DNA of 64,000 nt from Pedosphaera sp. (GTDB taxonomy: Bacteria > Verrucomicrobiota > Verrucomicrobiia > Limisphaerales > SXQI01), in assembly GCA_025359965.1 (NCBI GenBank), contig JANYDC010000015.1, positions 8,885 to 72,884 of the forward strand. The letters run 5' to 3'. Position 1 is the first letter of the stretch. Each line of letters starts with the position of its first letter. A program made the translations under genes and the position numbers. The notes beneath the pieces were generated by a model. The model searched no databases. It was not told where the DNA came from and worked only from the letters and a program-made list of their open reading frames with translations. Below are positions 55,701 to 63,171 of this stretch, piece by piece.

Positions 55701-57822
55701 CGAGGAACAACGCGTACAAGTGGTGGGCAGCCTGATCGGCGTGCGGCAGTTGAACTCCGGAATTCTCCCCGCTATCGCTGCTGTTGCCACTTCTGACGCC
55801 ACGCCTACATTAAAGAAGAAGGTGATTGATCTTCTGGGAGCTTCGGGGGACGCCACCGTTGGCCCTCTCCTGGCTAAGGCTTATCCAAATCTCACGGGCG
55901 AGGCTCAGGACGCCGCCTTTACGCAGTTGCTCAAACGTGCCGATTGGACAAGCGGATTCCTCGATGCGCTAAGCGCCAAGACGATTCCTTTTGCGTCGTT
56001 GAGCCCTGTGGCTTTGGGTCGCCTTCGTTCCCACGCCGACAAGGCGGTGTCCGACAAGGCCATCGCGCTGATTGAGGAGCTTCGCGGACCTCAGCTCAAA
56101 GAGAAGAATGCCATCATCGCAAAATTCACCCCTGAGGTTGAAAAACCCGGCAACGCCGTCCATGGCCGGGAATTGTTCACTCAGAATTGTGCAATCTGCC
56201 ATATCATCAACGGTCAGGGCCGCAACCTCGCTCCCGATCTTACCGGTATGGGGGTTCATGGCGCAGCGGAGTTGCTGATTCACATCCTGGACCCCAACCG
56301 AGTTGTTGAACCCAACTTCATGGCCGTCAGTTTTGAGACCAAAGATGGCGAGTCTTACGACGGCATCGTGGGACGCGAGAATCGCGAGACGGTGCTTCTT
56401 CGAAACGCCGCGGGCGATACCGAGCTGAAAGTCTCCAACATCCAATCACGCAAAAACACCGGTCGATCATTGATGCCGGAGGGTTTTGAGGCTCTTGGTG
56501 CCGAGAACCTGCGCGATCTGCTCAGCTACGTGACTGAGGGCCAGAACCTTTACCGCATTATGGATGTGCAATCGGCATTTACTGCGGATAGTCGCGGCGG
56601 TATTTACAGCAGCATCACTCCTGAGGGTGGTTCGATCCGACTCAAATCCTTCGGATTGATCAAGGCTGGGGCAGTGCCATTCGAAGTGGCCAATCCCACC
56701 AAGACAGCAAATGGCAAGAACCTGATTGTCCTCAAGGGCGGTGAGAATTTTGCCCGCACCCTCCCCCAATCAGTTGAATTTCCCGGACATGGGGTCAAGG
56801 CATCACGTCTCCACTTCCTCGGCGGAGTGGGTGGCTGGGGTTATCCATGCTGCGGTGATGATGATCATAAAAATCTGAACGCGGCCAAAATCACCGTTCA
56901 CTACGCCGACCAACAGTCAGAGGAGATTGTGCTCAAGAACGGTGTTGAAATTGCGGACTACATTGGCGATTTCGATGTGCCGGGCTCCAAAAAACTTGAA
57001 GGAGTGGTTACCTCCGGTCAGATGCGCTGGTTCTCGAAAGACCTCAAGCGGTATGAACCCATCTCCCGCGTCACTATTGAGAGCTACAATAATTTTGTGG
57101 TTCCCACATTTGTGGCCATAACAGCGGAAACATCCGCTCCCGGCACAGCGCCCCAGGCCTCGGCGGCACCTGCGCCCAAGTCTGATGCTCGCACGCTGAT
57201 TGTGGGCGGCGGTTCGAGCCATGACTTCGCTCGCTGGTTCAATGAGGCTGATGTCGCAACGCTGAAGGCAGCCGGAATCGTGGCTGATTATACTTCGGAC
57301 ACCAGCACGGTGAAGGATCGACTTAAGGATATTGATGTCCTTTACCTGTCCAACAACCAACCTTTCGCCGATGCCGAGACCCGCAATGCCATCATGGCCT
57401 TTGCTGACAGCGGCAAGGGTCTCATGCTGATCCATCCCGCCCTCTGGTACAACTGGGCCAACTGGAAGGAATACAACACCAAACTCATCGGCGGCGGCTC
57501 CCACGGCCATGACAAGTTTGGCGAATTCGAAGTCACCGTTGATGCCACTGACCATCCCATCATGAAGGGGGTGCCCAAGGGTTTCAAAATCACCGATGAA
57601 CTTTACCATCACGAGAAGGAACCGGATGGAGCCACCATCACTGTGCTCGCCACCGGAAGAAATGCTGCGGGCGAAAGTTGGCCCGTGGTGTGGATCACCA
57701 AACATGACAAAGCCCGCATTGTTTGTGTTACGCTCGGCCACGACGGACAAGCCCACAATCATCCCGCCTACCAGAAGCTTCTGGTGAACATCCAGCAGTA
57801 CGTCGCAGGCAAATCAAAATAG
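52780..57822 (+). CDS. Giant secreted multidomain protein: ThuA-like, Pirellula/Verrucomicrobium membrane-bound-dehydrogenase-type beta-propeller, HEAT-like repeats, PVC-type CxxCH cytochrome c, unknown beta domain, second ThuA-like domain
   Basis: Signal peptide MKSYLVFLLSCLFLLPVVRG. ThuA-like LRIFIRAGEKTHGPGQHD...LVVIHDS. The block VAAEPLVQKPISVDWDADGRLWVAETVEYP. Heme motif CAICH at nt 56188-56202 with downstream SLMPEGF. C-terminal ThuA-like LIVGGGSSHDF...LMLIHPALW...GHD. Confidence 0.9.
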   Translation: MKSYLVFLLSCLFLLPVVRGDDSKPLRIFIRAGEKTHGPGQHDGPTFLKDWTKLLTERGAKVAGKIGFPTGAELEATDVMVMYAAEAGTIAAGDRTNLDAFLKRGGGLVVIHDSVCGNDAQWWKTVIGGAWEHGHSKWYEGDVSMYFTDYKHELTEGVSNWDFDDEIYYDLHMMPEAKVLASSYAPDKRNTKEGRILPSVYDVVPQMWVYEKDAYRAFVSIPGHNTKSFALPHFRGLLLRGIAWSGHRPMDSLCSKEELNSFRYPEGGPSRPEAALAQIKTWPDFETSLVAAEPLVQKPISVDWDADGRLWVAETVEYPAKKDPNAPGRDRISILEDSNGDGVMDKKTVWYEGLSLVTSFVFYKDGVIVSQAPDVLWIRDTNGDGKADKVEKVYTGFGVFDTHAVINNLRWGLDGWIYATVGYSRGDVSSGDGSKHFGKISDGVIRFKADGSAIEQFSSKGSNTWGVDVAPDGEVFFSQANGNHINHVVVPENILAKGKLPNTVSYKTIEDHNKAFPIRDYKQQAYVQIDWVGNWTAAAGACIYNGGAWPAKYDYTYTVTEPTLNIVHLDVIKPAGPTYVASRMEGFPESEFVASTDLWFRPIHTRIGPDGGFYILDFYNQAAVHNDTRGPKHGPNNAAVRPDRDHYFGRIWKVQHKQAVKLQVPRLSKTTTEQLVASLKHPSGVVRFNAQRLLIERGNTDVIPQVKAVATATDSGVYPRLNAAWTADALGKEHDAEMLAALFKSDAPALRRTAMQILRNTPLPPEMTAEQLQVWGPLLMDMGGALSTADDRTRLEILMAYAASDTKWFETEESAPVRKFLLEAYSGLKDGWSQSAMLAYYKKASQQYITSAIELGSPDLTVPVTELTKGIAGSDNAADAAALVISVAKQSGPNDALKAVVLSTLSTSLKPSLIPSWSEDLQKALTSLLASPSPSLPGSVLPLIARWDTEGRLKSATASQVKQLIARLADTTLAEEQRVQVVGSLIGVRQLNSGILPAIAAVATSDATPTLKKKVIDLLGASGDATVGPLLAKAYPNLTGEAQDAAFTQLLKRADWTSGFLDALSAKTIPFASLSPVALGRLRSHADKAVSDKAIALIEELRGPQLKEKNAIIAKFTPEVEKPGNAVHGRELFTQNCAICHIINGQGRNLAPDLTGMGVHGAAELLIHILDPNRVVEPNFMAVSFETKDGESYDGIVGRENRETVLLRNAAGDTELKVSNIQSRKNTGRSLMPEGFEALGAENLRDLLSYVTEGQNLYRIMDVQSAFTADSRGGIYSSITPEGGSIRLKSFGLIKAGAVPFEVANPTKTANGKNLIVLKGGENFARTLPQSVEFPGHGVKASRLHFLGGVGGWGYPCCGDDDHKNLNAAKITVHYADQQSEEIVLKNGVEIADYIGDFDVPGSKKLEGVVTSGQMRWFSKDLKRYEPISRVTIESYNNFVVPTFVAITAETSAPGTAPQASAAPAPKSDARTLIVGGGSSHDFARWFNEADVATLKAAGIVADYTSDTSTVKDRLKDIDVLYLSNNQPFADAETRNAIMAFADSGKGLMLIHPALWYNWANWKEYNTKLIGGGSHGHDKFGEFEVTVDATDHPIMKGVPKGFKITDELYHHEKEPDGATITVLATGRNAAGESWPVVWITKHDKARIVCVTLGHDGQAHNHPAYQKLLVNIQQYVAGKSK

Positions 57823-57837
57823 AAGTCCTGACTCCAC

Positions 57838-57871
57838 AAAACGCGGCACTCTTTTAGGAGGCCGCGTTTTT
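57838..57871 (+). terminator. Rho-independent terminator after the giant gene
   Basis: AAAACGCGGC (57838-57847) pairs perfectly with GCCGCGTTTT (57861-57870) around a 13-nt loop. The T-run continues after the stem. Confidence 0.75.
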
Positions 57872-57962
57872 CTGTTTAGGTTTCACGAGAAAAGCATAAA
57901 GTGACTAGCATGGCTGCCTGCTATCCTCGAACTGAAGCTTTGGGCGCATCAGGCCACCCTAT

Positions 57963-58286
57963 ATGCACGCCAAATTTTGGGAATCGGTATGGCCGATGTG
58001 GTTGGGGATCATAATCATTACCGTAGTGCTTATTGGACTATGTCGCCTGTCTCGATGGTTTTATTTTCTGACCATTCCTGTATCACTGATGGCGATCTTG
58101 AATGGTTGGGGCCTCATTTATCACAACGTCAGTTTTCGGAATGAAATGATTGAACAACTTGGCTTCAGTTATTTTGCTCAGTTTGCTTGCACCGGCGCTC
58201 TCCTTGTTGTGGCTCTTGCTTTTTATGCCTGGTACAATTTCAGATGCCGTCAGAAACGTCTTCACATAGAAGTGCGGACCAATTGA
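57963..58286 (+). CDS. Hypothetical small membrane protein (3 predicted TM helices)
   Basis: 107-aa ORF in an AT-richer stretch with three hydrophobic segments. No recognisable family. Confidence 0.5.
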   Translation: MHAKFWESVWPMWLGIIIITVVLIGLCRLSRWFYFLTIPVSLMAILNGWGLIYHNVSFRNEMIEQLGFSYFAQFACTGALLVVALAFYAWYNFRCRQKRLHIEVRTN

Positions 58287-58382
58287 TCGACTCTTGACAC
58301 AAAAGGTAAACAATTCGAGGGTGTTCGCCCGTGATACGTGAAGCCAGCCGAGGGGCCGGCTCGGCTTTTAACAACAACACAA

Positions 58383-58736
58383 ATGGAAACCTTCTATCAA
58401 CTGTTCGGATATGTTGCGGCGCTCTGCGCTGGTATAATGATCCTGACTGTCTTCTTCAAAATTCTGGGTGCTTTAAGCCATTCTCGTCGTGGTTTAGAAA
58501 TTGTGAAAATGAAGGGCTTTGTTAGAGAGGGGAAGCTCGTTCACATTCATCTGAGCGGAGGGAAATCATTGCTTGGAGTTCGTTTTGTCGGATTCACGGA
58601 GCGCAACTCGATTAAGGCCGGTTTCCCCTTCGAATTGTCCAATATGGTTGTTTTGGAAAACACGAATGGTACGCGAGTTTTTATTCGGGCGGATTCAGTA
58701 AAAATGATTGAGGAGGTCGAAGCCGCTGCTCAATGA
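58383..58736 (+). CDS. Hypothetical membrane-anchored small protein (one TM helix plus a beta-rich soluble domain)
   Basis: METFYQLFGYVAALCAGIMILTVFFKILGAL anchor, then GKLVHIHLSGGKSLLGVRFVGF...MVVLENTNGTRVFIRADSVKMIEEV. Start could be 58338 or 58383. No family recognised. Confidence 0.5.
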   Translation: METFYQLFGYVAALCAGIMILTVFFKILGALSHSRRGLEIVKMKGFVREGKLVHIHLSGGKSLLGVRFVGFTERNSIKAGFPFELSNMVVLENTNGTRVFIRADSVKMIEEVEAAAQ

Positions 58737-58747
58737 GTATTGTGGCA

Positions 58748-60421
58748 TCAACGATGCCGTCCAAGATTCAAGGCCAATGGCGCGAAGCCCATTCTGGCGA
58801 TGGGTATCATTAGGATGATGCTTAGCGAGAGGGGGAGAATCCATTTCTCGTGACCCAATATGAGCAATGTTGGAGTTAAGAAGACAACAGCGAGCGTGGT
58901 CCAAGTGAAAATGAGACCAACCGCTGTGGAGCGATCCATTACCTGCTTTTTAATGGCGACTCGAAACGCCCATTGGGCCAAGGCAAATTTCAGAATGATC
59001 AAGAACGCAAAGATGATAGGAAGGATTTGGACGATCACCCATTCAAAGGCGGGATGGGTTCTTGTGATAGCCAGAAAGGCGATACAGGCTACGACCAAGA
59101 TGCAGACGGCCGCGTAAACACGGTAAATCCAGGTGCCGAAGGTCGCGCCCACCCATGCATTATCCACAGCGAAGCTCCAAGTCCAAAAAATCAGGACCGG
59201 CAGAATGACAGGGATCAAGGGCTCAATCAGTTGAGGGTAATTGGGGATGGAGTGCAACACGGCTTTGACCGTGGTCAAATCACCAAGCCAGATCACCAAT
59301 CCGATCAAGAGTAGGGTGATGACCCATGATAGCACGGCGCTCAGGGCAGTGGCTTTCCATTGGGCCACAACAATCGTGCCGTTATTGATGGGGCGAATGG
59401 CTTTGAACTGGGACATGGTTCGCTCATGGGAAATACCCTGAAGAGAATGGATGAACAGCGGAACTGCCAGCAAGAACACAATGAGTCCGTGTGTGGTATT
59501 CCCGCTGGAGGGGCCGGGATGGAGAATGAGTTCGGTGGCCAAGAGCAGAACGGGAACGCCCGACAGGATGCACACGCAGTAAAATAGTGTTCGGGCCTGG
59601 CGTCGCCATTCAAACCACAACTGAGCTTGTGCAGGGGAACTGAACATTTTTGGGTCCTTCAGCAGGGTTTTCGAAGCAAAAGGCATTTGCCATTTCCAGA
59701 TCCATCGCTGCCAGCTGCCGTGGCGGACCTTGTCGAAGCCCACGAGAGCCATGCTGACCCCTGCCGCCATTAGTGACAGGAGGAAAGCCGTCCTGTGCTC
59801 CGCAATCGGGTGCGACCATTGAAAATCAGGGCGGACGAAGAAACAGAGCCCTAACGCTGCAAGGAGCAAAGTAGTTGCGAAGGGAAACGCGTTGAGCGAC
59901 CAAATAATTGCTTGGGACAAGACCAGCAAAGTCACCCACGACAAGCCGTCACTCAAACGATCGAAAACTTCAATGTGGGGAAGGTGGACCAGACGGGTCC
60001 AGCCCAGATAAACCAAAATGAGGCAGGCGCTTCCCACAACCATGAGCCACGACACTAGAAACCTTGTCGAGATGGGAAGGGTGAAAAATCGTGATGGAAA
60101 TCTGAATGGTGCTTTCGGATTTTGATCGGTGAAGGTGAACATCCAAATGATGCAGAGAATGCTTATGGCCATGCAGGCAAAAGGGGCGCAGGAGAGGCCG
60201 ATCATCGCGACCAGTCCGAACACGTCGGGCCGCTCCCCGTACATCGGAACCGATTCGAGTATGTTGTCGAGAACGTTGGGACTGTCCAGTTTGAGACCGA
60301 TCAGCGTGCACAGTCTGGTGTAGAACATTGCAAACCCCAGAATGAGGAACACAATGGTCATGAGCCGTTTTCCATGTCTGCGCCAGATTTCCCAAGTCAA
60401 TGCCGCTGCTGGTGTGTGCAT
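58748..60421 (-). CDS. Fused two-half polytopic membrane protein, probable permease partner of the upstream ABC ATPase
   Basis: Start ATG at 60419-60421, 10 nt after the ATPase stop. About 12 or more TM helices. Both halves open with a similar amphipathic motif (ALTWEIWRRHGKRL and AQLWFEWRRQARTL). The ORF-track start at 60598 is an antisense-overlap extension. Confidence 0.72.
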   Translation of the reverse strand: MHTPAAALTWEIWRRHGKRLMTIVFLILGFAMFYTRLCTLIGLKLDSPNVLDNILESVPMYGERPDVFGLVAMIGLSCAPFACMAISILCIIWMFTFTDQNPKAPFRFPSRFFTLPISTRFLVSWLMVVGSACLILVYLGWTRLVHLPHIEVFDRLSDGLSWVTLLVLSQAIIWSLNAFPFATTLLLAALGLCFFVRPDFQWSHPIAEHRTAFLLSLMAAGVSMALVGFDKVRHGSWQRWIWKWQMPFASKTLLKDPKMFSSPAQAQLWFEWRRQARTLFYCVCILSGVPVLLLATELILHPGPSSGNTTHGLIVFLLAVPLFIHSLQGISHERTMSQFKAIRPINNGTIVVAQWKATALSAVLSWVITLLLIGLVIWLGDLTTVKAVLHSIPNYPQLIEPLIPVILPVLIFWTWSFAVDNAWVGATFGTWIYRVYAAVCILVVACIAFLAITRTHPAFEWVIVQILPIIFAFLIILKFALAQWAFRVAIKKQVMDRSTAVGLIFTWTTLAVVFLTPTLLILGHEKWILPLSLSIILMIPIARMGFAPLALNLGRHR

Positions 60422-60431
60422 GGAAGTCCTT

Positions 60432-61334
60432 TCAAATGTGTTTCGTTCCGGCTCGCGCCACAAAGATCTCATCCAGCGACGGGGTGTCGTCGGCCACCAC
60501 CCGCCCGCCGGCCCGCGCCACGCCTGCAATTGCCGCCTGACGGCTGCCATTGCAAATGACGGTCCATTCATTTCCCGAACCTGCGATGCTGAGGGCACCG
60601 GGGACTTGCGGGGTTATTGACTGCGGGGCGTCAAAACGGAAAATAAGACGGTGATGATTCTCTTTGATGTCGTCGAGGGTTCCACTGAGGACGACCTGAC
60701 CGGCGAACATCATGGCGACATCGTCGGCCACACGTTCCACCTCATCCAGCAGATGAGACGAGAAAAAAGCAGTTCGTCCCTCGTCGGCAACTGTCCGGAG
60801 GATAGCTTCCAAAATATCACGCCGCACGACGGGGTCCAATCCTGAACTTGGCTCGTCCAGCAGCAGCAATTCCGGCCGGTAAGCCAGGGCGATTAACAGA
60901 CCGGCTTTAGCATTTTCTCCGCGAGAGAGGTTCTTAATTTTTGCCGAGGGATCGAGACCAAATTGGTGGCGCAACTCCTCAGCAAATGCCATGTCCCACT
61001 TGGGATAAAACGCCTGGGTGTAGCGAAGCAGCTCGTCCACCCGCATCCAGGCGGGCAGGTCGCGATTTTCAGAGAGATATCCAATCCGTCCGAGCACCTT
61101 GACTGGATCAGCCACTGGATCAAAACCAAAAACGCGGACTGATCCCGTCTCGGCTTTCAGTAGTCCCAGGATATGTTTGATCAAAGTTGTTTTGCCCGCG
61201 CCATTCCCGCCGACGAGTCCGAAGACGCGTCCGCGCGGCACTTTAAGCGTGATGTTGTTTAGAGCGAGTTTGCTGTCGAACTTCCGGCTCAGCCCGGAAA
61301 CTTCGATGATGGATGTGATGGATGTCGTATTCAT
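60432..61334 (-). CDS. ABC transporter ATP-binding protein (ABC-2/exporter type)
   Basis: Walker A GGNGAGKTT, signature LSRGENAKAGL, Walker B LLLLDEPSSGLD, H-loop SSH. 4-nt overlap with the GntR gene. Confidence 0.93.
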   Translation of the reverse strand: MNTTSITSIIEVSGLSRKFDSKLALNNITLKVPRGRVFGLVGGNGAGKTTLIKHILGLLKAETGSVRVFGFDPVADPVKVLGRIGYLSENRDLPAWMRVDELLRYTQAFYPKWDMAFAEELRHQFGLDPSAKIKNLSRGENAKAGLLIALAYRPELLLLDEPSSGLDPVVRRDILEAILRTVADEGRTAFFSSHLLDEVERVADDVAMMFAGQVVLSGTLDDIKENHHRLIFRFDAPQSITPQVPGALSIAGSGNEWTVICNGSRQAAIAGVARAGGRVVADDTPSLDEIFVARAGTKHI

Positions 61335-61723
61335 TGCTTATCCGGGGATTGGAGTGATTGCTGGCGATCTTTGATAAGTTTGAGAAGTTCGTCGGGCTCG
61401 ACTTGCATGTGCCTGGCCTCGGCCAGCAACGCGTCAACCCGCTGCGAAAGAATTTTCAGCCGCTCCTTCCGGGCGAGGGGAGAGCCTGCGTCGGAGATGT
61501 ATGTGCCCGAGCCATGCCGTTTCACCACCACGCCGGCGCTCTCCAGCTCCAGATAAGCGCGAGCCACCGTGTTGGGATTTACGAGAAGCTGATGAGCCAG
61601 CACACGAATGGCAGGGATCTCATCGCCCGGCGCTAGACGCCGCGAAGCAACCAGATATTTCACCTGATTGGCAATCTGCAAATAGATCGGAACCCCGTCA
61701 CCCGTGTTAATGTGCAACTGCAT
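61331..61723 (-). CDS. GntR-family transcriptional regulator, YtrA-like short subfamily
   Basis: Winged-helix block PIYLQIANQVKYLVASRRLAPGDEIPAIRVLAHQLLVNPNTVARAYLELESAGVVVKRHGSGTYI with a short helical C-terminus. ATG chosen at 61721-61723, because the ORF-track start at 61762 is a TTG. Confidence 0.88.
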   Translation of the reverse strand: MQLHINTGDGVPIYLQIANQVKYLVASRRLAPGDEIPAIRVLAHQLLVNPNTVARAYLELESAGVVVKRHGSGTYISDAGSPLARKERLKILSQRVDALLAEARHMQVEPDELLKLIKDRQQSLQSPDKQ

Positions 61724-61725
61724 TG

Positions 61726-61737
61726 TGTATGCATACA
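61726..61737. promoter_or_regulatory. Perfect 12-bp palindrome TGTATGCATACA, candidate GntR/YtrA operator
   Basis: Self-complementary 12-mer, 3 nt upstream of the regulator ATG. It is nested in a wider inverted repeat GTGTA (61725-61729) ... TACAC (61742-61746). GntR operators typically contain GT-Nx-AC palindromes. Confidence 0.4.
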
Positions 61738-61914
61738 GTAGTACACTTAAGCGGGGCGTCAACTTATTTTTACCGCCACCCCGCAGGAAGGGATGGCGCG
61801 TCGTTATCCTGAAACCTCAGGCGGCACGTCCCTTTGGGCCTGAAATATTGGCGTCTGTTAAGAGCGCCCAATTCTGCTTTCGGTGCCGTGTGTTGGGCAT
61901 TAGTCTGAAGCCTG

Positions 61915-62325
61915 ATGAAAATTCAGATCGCGGCGTTGTGCGATGCGGCGGCGGATTATGGCGGTAAGCTTAATTTGCTGGGCGTGTTTGATACGATTTT
62001 TGCGGCACAATTCCCGGCGGTCCATCCGCAGTGTTCGATTGCCATCCGGGCTAATTTTGTCCGCATTGAGGAGGGGCACCACAAAGTGCGAATCAATTTT
62101 GCGGATGCGGACGGGCGTTTGATCATGCCCGAGATTGATCTACCCCTCCAAGTTGTCGTGCCACCCGATATGAGCGTGGCGGTGCGCAACTTGATCGTCA
62201 ATATTCAGCACCTTCGTTTTGATCAGCCCGGCCAGTATTCCATTGATATCGCCTTTGATGGTCGCTTAGAGGTGAGCCTTCCCTTGCACGTCAAATTGCC
62301 TCCCAACGGGACAGCCTCAGTCTGA
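61915..62325 (+). CDS. Conserved hypothetical soluble protein (beta-rich, 136 aa)
   Basis: Clean ORF ending 1 nt before the TauE start codon. No motif I can assign with confidence. Confidence 0.6.
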   Translation: MKIQIAALCDAAADYGGKLNLLGVFDTIFAAQFPAVHPQCSIAIRANFVRIEEGHHKVRINFADADGRLIMPEIDLPLQVVVPPDMSVAVRNLIVNIQHLRFDQPGQYSIDIAFDGRLEVSLPLHVKLPPNGTASV

Positions 62326-62326
62326 T

Positions 62327-63112
62327 ATGATGACTTTGGGTCAAGTAGTGGTGCTCTCGATGGCTGGAGCTGCTGCCGGGATGATCAATGCGGTGGCAGG
62401 CGGAGGCACGCTGGTGACATTTCCGGTTTTATTATGGACCGGAGTTTCGGCGGTCACTGCGAATGCTACCAGTACGGCAGCATTGGTGGTCGGCACGGCG
62501 GGAAGCATGTTCGGCTTCCGCAGCGAGATAAAGGCGGTTCGCCCCTGGCTGGTGCGCTTTTTGCCGATTAGTTTGGTGGGCGGATTGCTGGGCAGTTATC
62601 TCGTGACTCGTTTTCCCGAACGGGTTTTCGAGGCTTTGATACCCTGGCTGATTCTTTTTGCAACAGTCCTTTTTTTCTTACAGGGCCCTGTGAAGAAATG
62701 GCTGTTTTCCAAGTCGATTCAATCGCCTGCCTCGACTGATCAACCCGGCCCGGGATGGGGGCCAATGGTATTCCAATTTTTTGTGGCGGTTTACGGTGGT
62801 TACTTCGGGGCGGGCATTGGGATTCTCATGCTGGCGTCTCTGGGGTTGATGGGGATGACGCATATTCACCGGATGAACACGATCAAAACGATTCTGGGAT
62901 CACTGATCAATGTCGTGGCGGCGGTTTATTTTGTGGCCTCAGGACTGGTGGATTGGCCGAGGATGGCGGTAATGAGCGCGGCCTCGTTGGCGGGTTATTT
63001 TGCCGGGGCACACTACTCGCAAAGGATTCCCCAGGATAAGGTGCGCACATTGATCACCTTCATCGGCATGTCCCTTTCGGTCTGGATGCTTTACAGGCAG
63101 ATTGGCAGGTAG
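62327..63112 (+). CDS. TauE/SafE family sulfite/anion exporter
   Basis: Eight hydrophobic helices with the duplicated 4-TM pattern. Motifs GGGTLVTFPVLLWTG and YGGYFGAGIGILML. Confidence 0.88.
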   Translation: MMTLGQVVVLSMAGAAAGMINAVAGGGTLVTFPVLLWTGVSAVTANATSTAALVVGTAGSMFGFRSEIKAVRPWLVRFLPISLVGGLLGSYLVTRFPERVFEALIPWLILFATVLFFLQGPVKKWLFSKSIQSPASTDQPGPGWGPMVFQFFVAVYGGYFGAGIGILMLASLGLMGMTHIHRMNTIKTILGSLINVVAAVYFVASGLVDWPRMAVMSAASLAGYFAGAHYSQRIPQDKVRTLITFIGMSLSVWMLYRQIGR

Positions 63113-63114
63113 GC

Positions 63115-63150
63115 AAAAGCGGCTGTTCCCTTTCGGAAACAGCCGCTTTA
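63115..63150. terminator. Bidirectional terminator hairpin between the convergent tauE-like and pfk genes
   Basis: AAGCGGCTGTT / AACAGCCGCTT perfect 11-bp stem around CCCTTTCGG. Flanked by AAAA on the left and TTT on the right. Confidence 0.65.
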
Positions 63151-63171
63151 TGTAGGAAAAATTCGCTGCTT

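Noticed and set aside
16017-57762. Other long antisense ORFs inside well-supported genes. Examples are 16017-16694 in fliI, 27210-27911 in olsA-like, 34958-35653 in DUF3999-like, 55299-55856 and 56917-57762 in the giant heme protein, 26403-26966 in olsB-like, and 14885-15538 in fliJ/MotE-like.
   Set aside because: The three I checked by hand (olsA-like, DUF3999-like and the 56917-57762 ORF in the giant heme protein) share codon phase with the sense gene. All have biased, motif-free products. The sense genes carry family signatures. I treat them as shadow ORFs.
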